Origin: Oligoflexia bacterium
GTDB taxonomy: Bacteria; Bdellovibrionota; UBA1018
Length of the DNA: 64,000 nt
Reading direction: 5' to 3'
Assembly (NCBI GenBank): GCA_963758495.1
Contig: CAVWVI010000003.1
Span: 1,568,001-1,632,000 of the forward strand
Positions 40,186 to 48,847 of the stretch are shown piece after piece; within the stretch, counting starts at the first letter, position 1, and each line of letters begins with the position of its first letter. Position numbers and translations under genes: made by a program. Under the pieces are notes generated by a model. It worked only from the letters and a program-made list of their open reading frames with translations, made no database searches and had not been told where the DNA came from.

Positions 40186-41076
40186 CTAAAAGGCTTTTGC
40201 AATAATAGAAGCTTGCAATGACGTGGCAGCCAAAGTGAGATTCGCAGGATAGATGTTAAGAATTGGATTTAAAGTAATGTTTTTTGTAATATCCCAACTG
40301 AATCCTGGTTCGACATCTACCGTAAAATTGCTCATTCCTGATATCAATCCAGTCCCACCATTTCTGGATATTTGAAACAAATCGACCCATAGCGTTGCTG
40401 CAAATTGAGAGTTGATCCGATAATTTGCATTAGGAGCACCGTAGATTTTGTAAGTAATGACATCAGGTGCTGCGGCCGAGGTGGGAATGAAATTTCTCAA
40501 ATAGGTTGAATATCCCACACTCAAATGAGTTTGAGGTACATTATAATTCGCATTTAACATCAGGGTAGTTGAAGCTGCCAAGTTACTTGGTTTTAGACTA
40601 TCTGCTGAAGTGAGAGCAAAAGTTAAATAAAATCTACCATTGAGAGTAAAGCCATCTTTATTGATTATATTTGTTTTTGAAATGAATAAGGCTGGATCAA
40701 GTAATTGTAAATTTTGCCCAGCGTCCACGGGTGCTTCCAAGGGATAATAGAAGAAGTGGCCGATTACCCCGATCATCCAATCATTTTTGATTTTATACCC
40801 AGTTGTTACTAAGCTTTCAATTTGTTGAGGATTTTTGGTATCTGGAGTTCCATCTATTTTGGGTTGAAGTGAGTTACTGATGTCTCCTAAAGAAGGACCT
40901 CGATAGATTCCGAAGTAACTCAGTGTGGCAGTGTCCGAAAGCTTATCCCAAATAGATCTATCAGATGAGATTGAAACATTCTCTACACTCTCAGCATTCG
41001 TATCAGCTTGGGCAATACAGCCAATCATTGCCGTCATTCCGCAGAATGCGAATCTACTTAGTGTGCCCCTCGCCAT
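40186..41076 (-). CDS. Secreted protein, probable outer-membrane beta-barrel
   Basis: Signal peptide (CIAQA), alternating aromatic strands, terminal Phe; GAGGGG RBS. Confidence 0.6.
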   Translation of the reverse strand: MARGTLSRFAFCGMTAMIGCIAQADTNAESVENVSISSDRSIWDKLSDTATLSYFGIYRGPSLGDISNSLQPKIDGTPDTKNPQQIESLVTTGYKIKNDWMIGVIGHFFYYPLEAPVDAGQNLQLLDPALFISKTNIINKDGFTLNGRFYLTFALTSADSLKPSNLAASTTLMLNANYNVPQTHLSVGYSTYLRNFIPTSAAAPDVITYKIYGAPNANYRINSQFAATLWVDLFQISRNGGTGLISGMSNFTVDVEPGFSWDITKNITLNPILNIYPANLTLAATSLQASIIAKAF

Positions 41077-41154
41077 AATTCTTTCCCCTCACTTGAACTC
41101 ACTCAATTTTTTCAATACTTGATTACTCAATTTCCTATCGAGTAGGGGCGATAA

Positions 41155-41170
41155 AGCAAGCTTCTTGCCA
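41155..41170 (-). promoter_or_regulatory. sigma54 promoter of 40186-41076
   Basis: Minus strand TGGCAAGAAGCTTGCT, near consensus. Confidence 0.7.
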
Positions 41171-41473
41171 AAGCTATTAGCAGCAGTCATTTTAGAGCAT
41201 GCTTATTGTTAGCTTCTAAAATTAAGAATATTTATAAGGGATATCATGTAGAATGGTTAAAATGTTATTCTAAAAAGTATAAAGTAATCTAAATTTAAAT
41301 TACTCAGATGTGCGTTAATTTTGATGTCAATACCAAGGACATGGTGTCATTTGTTCACCTCATTAGGGACATTTTGTACTTAAGACTAATTTGGAGCTTG
41401 GACTTGAAATACATTCAAGCTGCATAGCAATATAAATACTTTTATGTTATTAAAGTGTAAATTAAATTAGGTA

Positions 41474-42463
41474 ATGACCAATATGCAAACTGCCACTTAT
41501 TCTTTTGTAATTCCCATATATAATGAATCAGAAACTTTATTTGAACTTTTTGAAAGAATGTTACCTATTCTAGAAAAGTTAGATGGTCCTTCTGAAGTTA
41601 TTTTAGTGGATGACGGCAGTAAAGATAATAGTTACGACTTGATGAAGCAATTAAATCAAAAGGATAATCGATTTAAAACGATCTCGTTGTCTAGGAACTT
41701 TGGTCATCAAGTTGCTATTACCGCTGGGATGGACCACTCAGTGGGTCAGGCAACCATTATTCTTGATTCAGATCTTCAAGATCCACCTGAAGTCATCTTA
41801 GAGATGGTATCCAAATGGAAGGAAGGCTATTCCATTGTTTATGGTTTAAGAAAAGAAAGAGAACAGGAGACGCTTTTTAAAAAGGTGACAGCATCACTAT
41901 TTTATCGATTGCTAAAAAAAATCTCTGAAGTGGATATACCATTAGATACCGGAGACTTTCGATTGGTGGATAGAAAGGCATTAAATGCCTTTCTACAGCT
42001 TCGAGAAAGGAATCGTTATGTACGAGGGATGTTTAGTTGGATCGGTTTTAAACAAATTGGAGTTACCTATAAGCGGCAAGGGCGTTTTGCAGGAACTACT
42101 AAATATCCATTTAAGAAAATGCTTAGGCTAGCTTCCGATGGTGTCATTGGTTTTTCTACCTTGCCTCTCAGATTGTCTTTAAAACTTGGTTTTATTATAT
42201 CTAGTCTCTCTTTTTTAATTGGATTGTGGGCGATATTTCTAAAATTGACGGGCCTTTATACCGTTACTGGATGGACTTCTCTTGCAGTTATGGTCTCATT
42301 TTTGGGCGGCACTCAATTGGTCATGATTGGAGTTTTAGGAGAATATTTTGCTAGAATGCAGGATGAAATTAAAGGTAGACCCCTTTATTTAATTCAAGAA
42401 GCAAGAGGAATTGATATTCAGGAATTAATTCATCGCACCCAAGGCCTTGGGAGAAGGTCTTAG
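41474..42463 (+). CDS. GT2 polyprenol-phosphate glycosyltransferase (GtrB/YkcC-like)
   Basis: VDDGSKD, LSRNFGHQ, DSDLQDPP, DTGDFRL, two C-terminal TM, RPLY. Confidence 0.92.
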   Translation: MTNMQTATYSFVIPIYNESETLFELFERMLPILEKLDGPSEVILVDDGSKDNSYDLMKQLNQKDNRFKTISLSRNFGHQVAITAGMDHSVGQATIILDSDLQDPPEVILEMVSKWKEGYSIVYGLRKEREQETLFKKVTASLFYRLLKKISEVDIPLDTGDFRLVDRKALNAFLQLRERNRYVRGMFSWIGFKQIGVTYKRQGRFAGTTKYPFKKMLRLASDGVIGFSTLPLRLSLKLGFIISSLSFLIGLWAIFLKLTGLYTVTGWTSLAVMVSFLGGTQLVMIGVLGEYFARMQDEIKGRPLYLIQEARGIDIQELIHRTQGLGRRS

Positions 42464-42478
42464 CTTCCGTATCTATTT

Positions 42479-43207
42479 ATGATGAAATTCCAAGGAACGC
42501 TCTATTGTATACATGGATTCTTAGGACTTCCTTCTGATTGGGATGCGGTCATACCTAAAAGTATAAAATCTGTTAAATCGGATTTATTTTCTCCTCAGAT
42601 GAAGGAAGGTTCAATAAAACTAAATTTTAATGAACTTTCAAGGTGGATTAATATTCAAGTGGAATCTCTTTCTCAGCCTCGGGTACTCATTGGATATTCG
42701 CTAGGAGGAAGAATTGCATTGCATGCATTGCTCAACTCCCCTCAGTATTGGTCAGGTGCAGTGATTATTTCAGCACATCCTGGTTTATCCAATCAGAGCG
42801 AGCGAGATCAACGAATTCAAAGAGATTTTGCATGGGCCAAAAGGTTTGAAGAAAATGATTGGAATACGGTTATTTCAGATTGGAATTCGCAACCGGTATT
42901 TAAAGGAAGTATTCGTGAGCCAGAACGAAAACCATCTTCTTATTCCCGTCAACTGATTGCTGATTCTCTTCGTGGTTGCTCGCTGGGAGTTCAAAGTGAT
43001 CTTAGCAATAGACTGAAAGAATTCACAAAGCCAATTCTTTGGGTAGTGGGAGAACGAGATACAAAATTTCTTACTCTCGCTGAGGATTTGAAGTCGAATC
43101 ATTCTTCAATTCAAGTTGTCGTGGTACCACAATCAGGTCATCGGGTTCTTTTCGATCAACCCGAGCTACTGAGTCAAATTTTGATTCAGTATTTAGAACT
43201 GCTTTGA
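42479..43207 (+). CDS. menH: MenH-like alpha/beta hydrolase (SHCHC synthase-like)
   Basis: HGFLG, GYSLGGRIAL, SAHPGL, W..QPVF, GERDTKF, GHRV. Confidence 0.7.
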   Translation: MMKFQGTLYCIHGFLGLPSDWDAVIPKSIKSVKSDLFSPQMKEGSIKLNFNELSRWINIQVESLSQPRVLIGYSLGGRIALHALLNSPQYWSGAVIISAHPGLSNQSERDQRIQRDFAWAKRFEENDWNTVISDWNSQPVFKGSIREPERKPSSYSRQLIADSLRGCSLGVQSDLSNRLKEFTKPILWVVGERDTKFLTLAEDLKSNHSSIQVVVVPQSGHRVLFDQPELLSQILIQYLELL

Positions 43208-43275
43208 TGCCAGGGAAAAATTTACCTATTTTCAAGATAATAAAAAATATTTAGAATCTTAGAAAAGGGATTCAC

Positions 43276-44004
43276 GTGAAAAAGTATATATTCGAGTATC
43301 AAGTTATTTTCACTTTAATCATGGTTACTGTTTTTGCTATTATTGGTTGCTCCAATAGACAAACAGTCAATAATGAGGCTTCCCCTAATACAGTTGTAGA
43401 GGTAGAACCGTCAGTTGTTCCAGTATCTGAAGCCGATATGGTGCCGCATGTGGACAATGAAAAGAAGAACTCGGCATTAGGTGATCAGTCAGTAAGAAAT
43501 ATAGCGAATGATAACGTAGTGGGTCATGACGTAGCTACCGTAAGTGTAGCTAACGGAAGTCATGATCAGGAGGTTCAGCCAAAATCAGATACTCCCACGA
43601 TTGTAGATTCGCAGCCTACTGTGAATGTCCCAGTCAAACATCACAAGAAAAAACAACTGGCACACGTAGTAACATCTGAAACTACTCCTTCTCATTTAGA
43701 GCAACCCAGCGTTTTAGAACAGTCTAGAGTAAAACTTGACCAGCCTATGGCAAAACAACAGCCTGAAGTGATGAACGCACCCGTTTCTTTATCTCCTCCT
43801 CTAGTAACGTCATTACATGAGGTGCCATCGCCTCCAAAAGCTTCTGCAATTCAGACGGCAGGTTCAGAGTCGGATTTAAGTAAAGAGGTTGCTGAAACTC
43901 TCGAGGAACCTTTTTATAAAAAGAAGGTAGTTATAGCGAGTACATTGCTTTTAGGTCTCATTGGGTTACGGACTGTTCTTTTAAATCGCGGAAAAAAAGT
44001 TTAA
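43276..44004 (+). CDS. Low-complexity lipoprotein with C-terminal TM and basic tail
   Basis: Lipobox IIGC; P/S/V/E-rich middle; KKKVVIASTLLLGLIGLRTVLLNRGKKV. Confidence 0.6.
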   Translation: MKKYIFEYQVIFTLIMVTVFAIIGCSNRQTVNNEASPNTVVEVEPSVVPVSEADMVPHVDNEKKNSALGDQSVRNIANDNVVGHDVATVSVANGSHDQEVQPKSDTPTIVDSQPTVNVPVKHHKKKQLAHVVTSETTPSHLEQPSVLEQSRVKLDQPMAKQQPEVMNAPVSLSPPLVTSLHEVPSPPKASAIQTAGSESDLSKEVAETLEEPFYKKKVVIASTLLLGLIGLRTVLLNRGKKV

Positions 44005-44023
44005 AAAAATAGATGAGTCCAAC

Positions 44024-44608
44024 TTAATTCGGATACGGTTGAATGGTTCTACGAAGTTTGGTGATGTCATATTGCATAAGTCTAAGCTTATTGATCACAC
44101 TCTGAAAATTCGTGTGAGACATATTTGGGTTTCTGCTTAGGATACATAAATAATCTCTAGAGGGTTTTCCCACTACGGCATAACTGTAGCTTTCATCTAG
44201 GTCGATAATCCAATAGTCCTCTGAAAATGGCCAAAAGAAGCGAACTTTGAGTTTTGCATTTGTTTGAGGATCAGTTACCCATGCTTTTCCATATGAAGAA
44301 CGAAGGGGACCATCAAATTTTCTTTCGTGGCACTCATTGAGCACATCAATATCTCCATCAGATGATAAGCTGTAGGCAGCCGTAGTTGCCACACAGTTTT
44401 TCTGCAGCCTCTGAGGATAACTTGCGATCTCATACCATTTCCCTAAATAGCGATGTAAATCTACATGATGGACTACATTGAGTGGGGGACCCTTGGGCAC
44501 ATGAGCGCAAGACGTTGCTAGTGTAATCAGGTAACAAAATCCAATCCCAGAGTAAAAATTCTTTAAAATGTAGAAATTAGAAAAATTTCTTTTTAATTTT
44601 TTAAAAAT
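44024..44608 (-). CDS. blc: Bacterial lipocalin (start uncertain; frame open upstream of GTG 44500)
   Basis: VDLHRYLGKWYEIA, AKLKVRFFWPF, YSYAVVG; upstream in-frame lipobox LATSC. Confidence 0.8.
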   Translation of the reverse strand: MFKKLKRNFSNFYILKNFYSGIGFCYLITLATSCAHVPKGPPLNVVHHVDLHRYLGKWYEIASYPQRLQKNCVATTAAYSLSSDGDIDVLNECHERKFDGPLRSSYGKAWVTDPQTNAKLKVRFFWPFSEDYWIIDLDESYSYAVVGKPSRDYLCILSRNPNMSHTNFQSVINKLRLMQYDITKLRRTIQPYPN

Positions 44609-44790
44609 AAGACCCCCTTATATAAGACATACTACAAAATTTTTGCTCGCAGGACAGGAGCAAACTATTCATTCATTTGGCGATACCTGGTCCCTTAACT
44701 TAATGAATACTACAGAAATTGAAGGAGGCGAGCCTTGCCTTGTCCACTTTCTTTAGCATTTGAGAAGAAATGGGCGCTCCCCAAAACACA

Positions 44791-44824
44791 AAACCCCCTG
44801 AAATCATTCGACTTCAGAGGGTTT
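44791..44824 (-). terminator. Intrinsic terminator after tRNA-Arg
   Basis: Minus strand AAACCCTCTGAAGTC-GAAT-GATTTCAGGGGGTTT followed by TGTGTTTT. Confidence 0.75.
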
Positions 44825-44835
44825 AAAAGTTTTAA

Positions 44836-44913
44836 TGGCGGACCCGACAGGGTTCGAACCTGTGACCTCCACATCCGTAGTGTGGCGCTCTAATCCAACT
44901 GAGCTACGGGTCC
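44836..44913 (-). tRNA. tRNA-Arg (ACG)
   Basis: GGACCCG acceptor stem, GCTC/GAGC D-stem, CCACA-CTACGGA-TGTGG anticodon arm, GGTTCGAACC T-arm, encoded CCA. Confidence 0.97.
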
Positions 44914-45135
44914 CAAGCGCGTCAAATTACCAGAAGTGGAGTGAATTTTCGAGTTCTTTTTTCGAATCCTTTATATTTGACTCTCTTTGTTAGGTATGTA
45001 TTTGATATTTAAAGAGTTTCAGGGCTAATTTCATGAGGAAATTTTCAGAAAAGATTTTATGGAAGGGTTTACGGCTGGAGGCTGAAAATGTATTTTAAGT
45101 GGAGTTTTCGGGGATTCCTGTTTAAGTAAGTCTTA

Positions 45136-45621
45136 TTGATGGCTATTTTATCTTTTAATACGAGTATAACTCGATCTTTTCAGTTTGTTATTGTATTTTT
45201 TTTGATGCTCGCTTCCTCTTTGGGATGTGGTAGTTCTTCGGTTGTTCCGAGTGCGATCGATCCTGCTCTTACAGCATGTGGACCCGGAGAGGCTCGAATT
45301 TTAGTGGGTGATGGTTTTTTTCAAACTCTTTGTGGGTGTGTCCAAGCGGATGAAGCCCCTGGTAAAACATTCCCGTCTCCGGGGAATCTTACCTGTCATT
45401 TAGCTAAGAATCCTTCTTTAGTCTTGTTTTACTATTTAGGCACTGTCCTCTCGCATCAGATTGTGTCTTCCGGAAGCAATAGGTTTGCTCCGAGTCCTAT
45501 TCGTAACCCTAATGATTCAAATCCAATTCAAGTTCATGAGGTTTCGCTATCTCAGTCTGCAACGACTTATGAGTTTGTGGATATTTATAGCGGTATGACA
45601 GGTCAAATCTTCGTACCTTGA
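45136..45621 (+). CDS. Hypothetical lipoprotein
   Basis: Hydrophobic signal with SLGC lipobox; four further Cys. Confidence 0.6.
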   Translation: MMAILSFNTSITRSFQFVIVFFLMLASSLGCGSSSVVPSAIDPALTACGPGEARILVGDGFFQTLCGCVQADEAPGKTFPSPGNLTCHLAKNPSLVLFYYLGTVLSHQIVSSGSNRFAPSPIRNPNDSNPIQVHEVSLSQSATTYEFVDIYSGMTGQIFVP

Positions 45622-45691
45622 TTTGCTTCTGATTTCTCCGACTCTTGCAACACCTCTGTTTTTCGTTTTCCACTAGGTAAATGATTCCCTG

Positions 45692-45718
45692 TTAAGAATC
45701 AAACTAGACTGCCGATAG
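45692..45718 (+). promoter_or_regulatory. sigma28 (FliA) promoter
   Basis: TTAAGAAT-N11-GCCGATAG versus consensus TAAAGTTT-N11-GCCGATAA. Confidence 0.7.
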
Positions 45719-45751
45719 TTTAATTATAACAGGAACCAAGGAGAGGTTACG

Positions 45752-45943
45752 ATGACTACTGCGAAAGATACTCAAGGAAGAAACGTAAAAGAAGATCAAA
45801 CGGTTGAAGTCCTTTATCAAAAACTAGGAGATCGTTGGTATGCTTTTTCACTGATAAAAGATGAAGTATTTATGGGGTCAATTACTCAAGGCGAGCTTGA
45901 AGCAGCAGGCCGTAAAGATGAATCTTCTCCTATAGACTCTTGA
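45752..45943 (+). CDS. Small hypothetical protein (63 aa)
   Basis: AAGGAGAGG RBS; compact VEVLYQKLGDRWYAFSLIKDEVFMGSI core. Confidence 0.7.
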   Translation: MTTAKDTQGRNVKEDQTVEVLYQKLGDRWYAFSLIKDEVFMGSITQGELEAAGRKDESSPIDS

Positions 45944-45948
45944 ATGTC

Positions 45949-46125
45949 ATGAACGCAAAAGTTAAAAAAGGGGAGCATCATTCCAGAGCGCACGCAGAAA
46001 TTGAAGCGTTGCGCGAAAAGATAATTAAATTAGTGTTAGAGAATCCTAAAAAGGCAGCAACTATTTTAAAAAACTGGATAAATCCAGCTACGAATTATAA
46101 CAAAATCAGCAAAAAAGGTCGGTAG
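45949..46125 (+). CDS. Small protein resembling the FliF C-terminal tail
   Basis: LREKIIKLVLENPKKAATILKNWI; follows 45752-45943 under the sigma28 promoter. Confidence 0.55.
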   Translation: MNAKVKKGEHHSRAHAEIEALREKIIKLVLENPKKAATILKNWINPATNYNKISKKGR

Positions 46126-46132
46126 TTGAAGG

Positions 46133-46206
46133 TAAGAACTGCAAGGAGTCCTGTTGCGTCGAGATTCCAAATCTTTACGGCGCAATAGGACTCCTTGCAG
46201 TTCTTA
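46133..46206. repeat. Long palindrome (29-bp arms); REP/MITE-like element or bidirectional terminator
   Basis: TAAGAACTGCAAGGAGTCCTGTTGCGTCG ... CGGCGCAATAGGACTCCTTGCAGTTCTTA; two mismatches, both G-U pairs on + strand RNA. Confidence 0.85.
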
Positions 46207-46300
46207 TTTCCAAAGGTTCTCTGCATAACCCAAGAATTAAAGAACTCCTTCCGTACTCGTCGTGCTGGGACTTGTAATTATTGATGAAAATACTCAAAAT

Positions 46301-46792
46301 TTATAAATAGAATACGGATACGTCTCCTAGGTCTTTATGAGCATGTTCGGCGTAAAGTTTTAGGAATTTAACGAAGAGCTGATAAGCAGGATAAGATTTT
46401 AACTCCCGATCCACTGCACATCCAAAACGGACATAACGGCAATGGTTTTCAATAGAGGGCCTGGAGTTTTGTATTTTTACCTGGATTTCAAGATAAGTAT
46501 TTTGACTGAAGTAGAATCGAATGGGGATTTCATCTGTATCTTTAGGCCAAATATGATCAGGGTTATAAGGAATTTGAAAAGATAATCCGTCTTCACTCAC
46601 CTCGATGAGATCGATCGGGAGCATCTTACTTTCGCTGACCATAGAGAAGACACTTAATAAATTATGAAAAAATATCCGTTCAGTTGTTCGGCGCTTTTCT
46701 TCGAGGCGTTGCTCACGCGCTTGTTTAAAGTCGACGATGTGTTCTTCTTGGGTGGGGGTGCCACCATTCACGTTTCCAATCCTTGGGCTCAT
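46301..46792 (-). CDS. PilZ-domain protein
   Basis: RTTER (RxxxR) and EVSEDG (variant of D/NxSxxG); GGAGGA RBS. Confidence 0.75.
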   Translation of the reverse strand: MSPRIGNVNGGTPTQEEHIVDFKQAREQRLEEKRRTTERIFFHNLLSVFSMVSESKMLPIDLIEVSEDGLSFQIPYNPDHIWPKDTDEIPIRFYFSQNTYLEIQVKIQNSRPSIENHCRYVRFGCAVDRELKSYPAYQLFVKFLKLYAEHAHKDLGDVSVFYL

Positions 46793-46813
46793 ATTTAACT
46801 TCCTCCAAAGAGT

Positions 46814-46840
46814 TTATCGGAAGCAAGATAGAGACCCTAA
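46814..46840 (-). promoter_or_regulatory. sigma28 promoter of PilZ gene 46301-46792
   Basis: Minus strand TTAGGGTC-N11-TCCGATAA. Confidence 0.6.
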
Positions 46841-46867
46841 ATAAGCATCTTTTACCTAACTGCGTGA

Positions 46868-47284
46868 TTAATCGATTTGAACGATATGAGTGATGCTATC
46901 TAGTAGATGCAGCAGGTCAAGAAAGGCGTTGTAATTTGGAGATGATTTATTTTTAAACTCGGCGCCGACACGACGGGTGGAGCTTGTATTGTCGATACGA
47001 GCGACTTGAATAGATAACGGAATATAAAGCGATTGATTGAGGTAAAACTTTATATCAATAGAATCAGTCACTTGAATAGGGAAGTCTGATGAAGACTCAC
47101 CGTCTATGTCAACGTCAAAGGAAATTCCGTCTTCGCTAATATTTTGGACTTCGAGCTTATAAAGTCCTTTTTTGGGTATAACAACAAAAATTGAAAATGT
47201 GGTTATGATGGGTCTTCGAGTCGACCGCCGTCGTTCATTTTCATTGGATAAGCTTGAGTCAGTCTTTTTTATTATTTTAGTCAT
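46868..47284 (-). CDS. PilZ-domain protein
   Basis: ERRRSTRR and NISEDG c-di-GMP motifs, RVGAEF. Confidence 0.85.
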   Translation of the reverse strand: MTKIIKKTDSSLSNENERRRSTRRPIITTFSIFVVIPKKGLYKLEVQNISEDGISFDVDIDGESSSDFPIQVTDSIDIKFYLNQSLYIPLSIQVARIDNTSSTRRVGAEFKNKSSPNYNAFLDLLHLLDSITHIVQID

Positions 47285-48810
47285 AATCCATCTCTGCGTG
47301 GCAAGCCATTCAGTGTTAGAGGAAGCTTTTCAACTTGATCTGTTTTAGTCCTGAGTATCGAAATAGCCGTTTGCGCTAAAGCCGAAGCTTCACCGATTTG
47401 AATTTCTAAAGTTTTGGAATCAAGTGTCCCATTGAAATAAGCACGATGGAATCCATGAACTTTATCAATAGCCTGTCCGGTTTGTTGAATAAGAAGGTAC
47501 AAAGCTCCGTAAAAGTATTCTTTTTGAATCATATTAGGAGTCCATTTTTCTATGATCTGATTTAATTCAGCTTGAAGCATATTCCAATGGTGATGAAAAG
47601 CTTCCCATTCTCTTCTCTGTTTCGCGTTAACTTTTCCTTTCTTAATAGAAGCAAATTTATTCAGAGTTGAAACGAGCTGACTTTCCATTGTCATAGTAAA
47701 TTGTTTAACTTCTGAGATTTCATTGAATGTTTTATCACGCATCTTGTCATGAAACTCTTTCAATCCAGAGATGTAAGATGCGTCTTTGTCTCCCCCTAAA
47801 AAATAAGTTTTGTGAATAAGAACTTTCGTGTCTCTAGGCAGTTCTGGTGGAAGGGTTTGGATTTCAGTAACGACGGAAGCAAGGAACTCTTTGACTTGAG
47901 GAGGTTCGGGGTCTAGGGGAATTAAATAGACGACGTATTCACCTCGTGGAATGGGTTTATCGTCAAGAGCACGAATTGCAATTGTTTTGCCAAGTTTCTT
48001 TGTCAGCGTAATGTCAGTTTGTGTTTCAAAGGAGAGTTGATTGAGTAGGGTATCTGGATTCCCTATAATTTTAAGGCGAAACCTGGCGCCGTCCTGCAAA
48101 TTTGAAGAGACATAGAAGAAGGGTGTCAAAAGATCATTTTTAGAGAGCACGAGGCCAAATCGAGGGCCTGTGACTTCAATTTTGTCTCTCGCTGCGCTTT
48201 TAAGCTCTTCAAAATCAGTTTGGTTGACGTCCTCTAGGTTTGGAATCGGTGAGATCCATTTGCTTAAATAAGGAATCTTTTCTGTAAGCAGTAAAAGATA
48301 AGGCTGACTCAAGTGAGAGATGGAAACCATTCCTGCTCGAATTCGAGTGGATTTAAACCAGGAATTAAAAATTTCTGAATTGTAGCAAAGGATTATTCCT
48401 AAAGATATTCCAACTAGAGAAAAAATTTTGAGTAGTTTTGATGCTTTTCTGGTCTGAGTTTTTATCAAGTCTGTATGAGCGTCGATCTCTGATTTTGCCC
48501 TTGGTTTTGATTGATGAGTTGAGAGATCTAGAAACTCCGGAGGTTTGCTTTTAAGGTCTAATATAACATCATTTTGTAGTGCGTCATAAGATGTAATAAA
48601 AGAAGGAGATTCATGTGTCTCTTGAAAAATAGGGTTAAATTCGGCGATTTCATTGACGCATTGCCAATCCCTCATTCCTTCTTTCCATGCGTAATTTTTA
48701 GTTGAAATTTGGCCTTGGGTTGCCATTCCTTGAAGGTCTTCAAGAGAAAATGGACCTTCATGGTGATCAACTATATAAATGAACCATTTTTTTTCAGTAA
48801 TTCCATTCAT
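47281..48810 (-). CDS. GYF_2 (DUF4339) domain membrane protein
   Basis: WFIYIVDHHEGPFSLEDL...YAWKEGMRDWQ; single TM; helical C-terminus. Confidence 0.8.
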   Translation of the reverse strand: MNGITEKKWFIYIVDHHEGPFSLEDLQGMATQGQISTKNYAWKEGMRDWQCVNEIAEFNPIFQETHESPSFITSYDALQNDVILDLKSKPPEFLDLSTHQSKPRAKSEIDAHTDLIKTQTRKASKLLKIFSLVGISLGIILCYNSEIFNSWFKSTRIRAGMVSISHLSQPYLLLLTEKIPYLSKWISPIPNLEDVNQTDFEELKSAARDKIEVTGPRFGLVLSKNDLLTPFFYVSSNLQDGARFRLKIIGNPDTLLNQLSFETQTDITLTKKLGKTIAIRALDDKPIPRGEYVVYLIPLDPEPPQVKEFLASVVTEIQTLPPELPRDTKVLIHKTYFLGGDKDASYISGLKEFHDKMRDKTFNEISEVKQFTMTMESQLVSTLNKFASIKKGKVNAKQRREWEAFHHHWNMLQAELNQIIEKWTPNMIQKEYFYGALYLLIQQTGQAIDKVHGFHRAYFNGTLDSKTLEIQIGEASALAQTAISILRTKTDQVEKLPLTLNGLPRRDGL

Positions 48811-48847
48811 TTTTTTGAATTTCCAGGTAAAAGTAAGTTTAAGTCAA

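Noticed and set aside
44642..44790. Several short hairpins between the tRNA terminator and blc (e.g. TTTGCTC...GAGCAAA)
   Set aside because: Short stems with no recognisable ncRNA family; cannot be distinguished from chance without covariation.
44836..44913. tRNA-Arg as an integration site for a genomic island
   Set aside because: No duplicated tRNA 3' end and no integrase seen in the window.
46214..46272. GGTTCTCTGCATAACCC, faintly like an IS5-group terminal repeat
   Set aside because: No partner end and no transposase sequence; similarity too weak.
30669..48847. Apparent long gene overlaps from upstream starts (30669, 33131, 35115, 48779)
   Set aside because: Downstream ATGs (30804, 33227, 35163, 48848) fit RBS position and/or the family N-terminus better.
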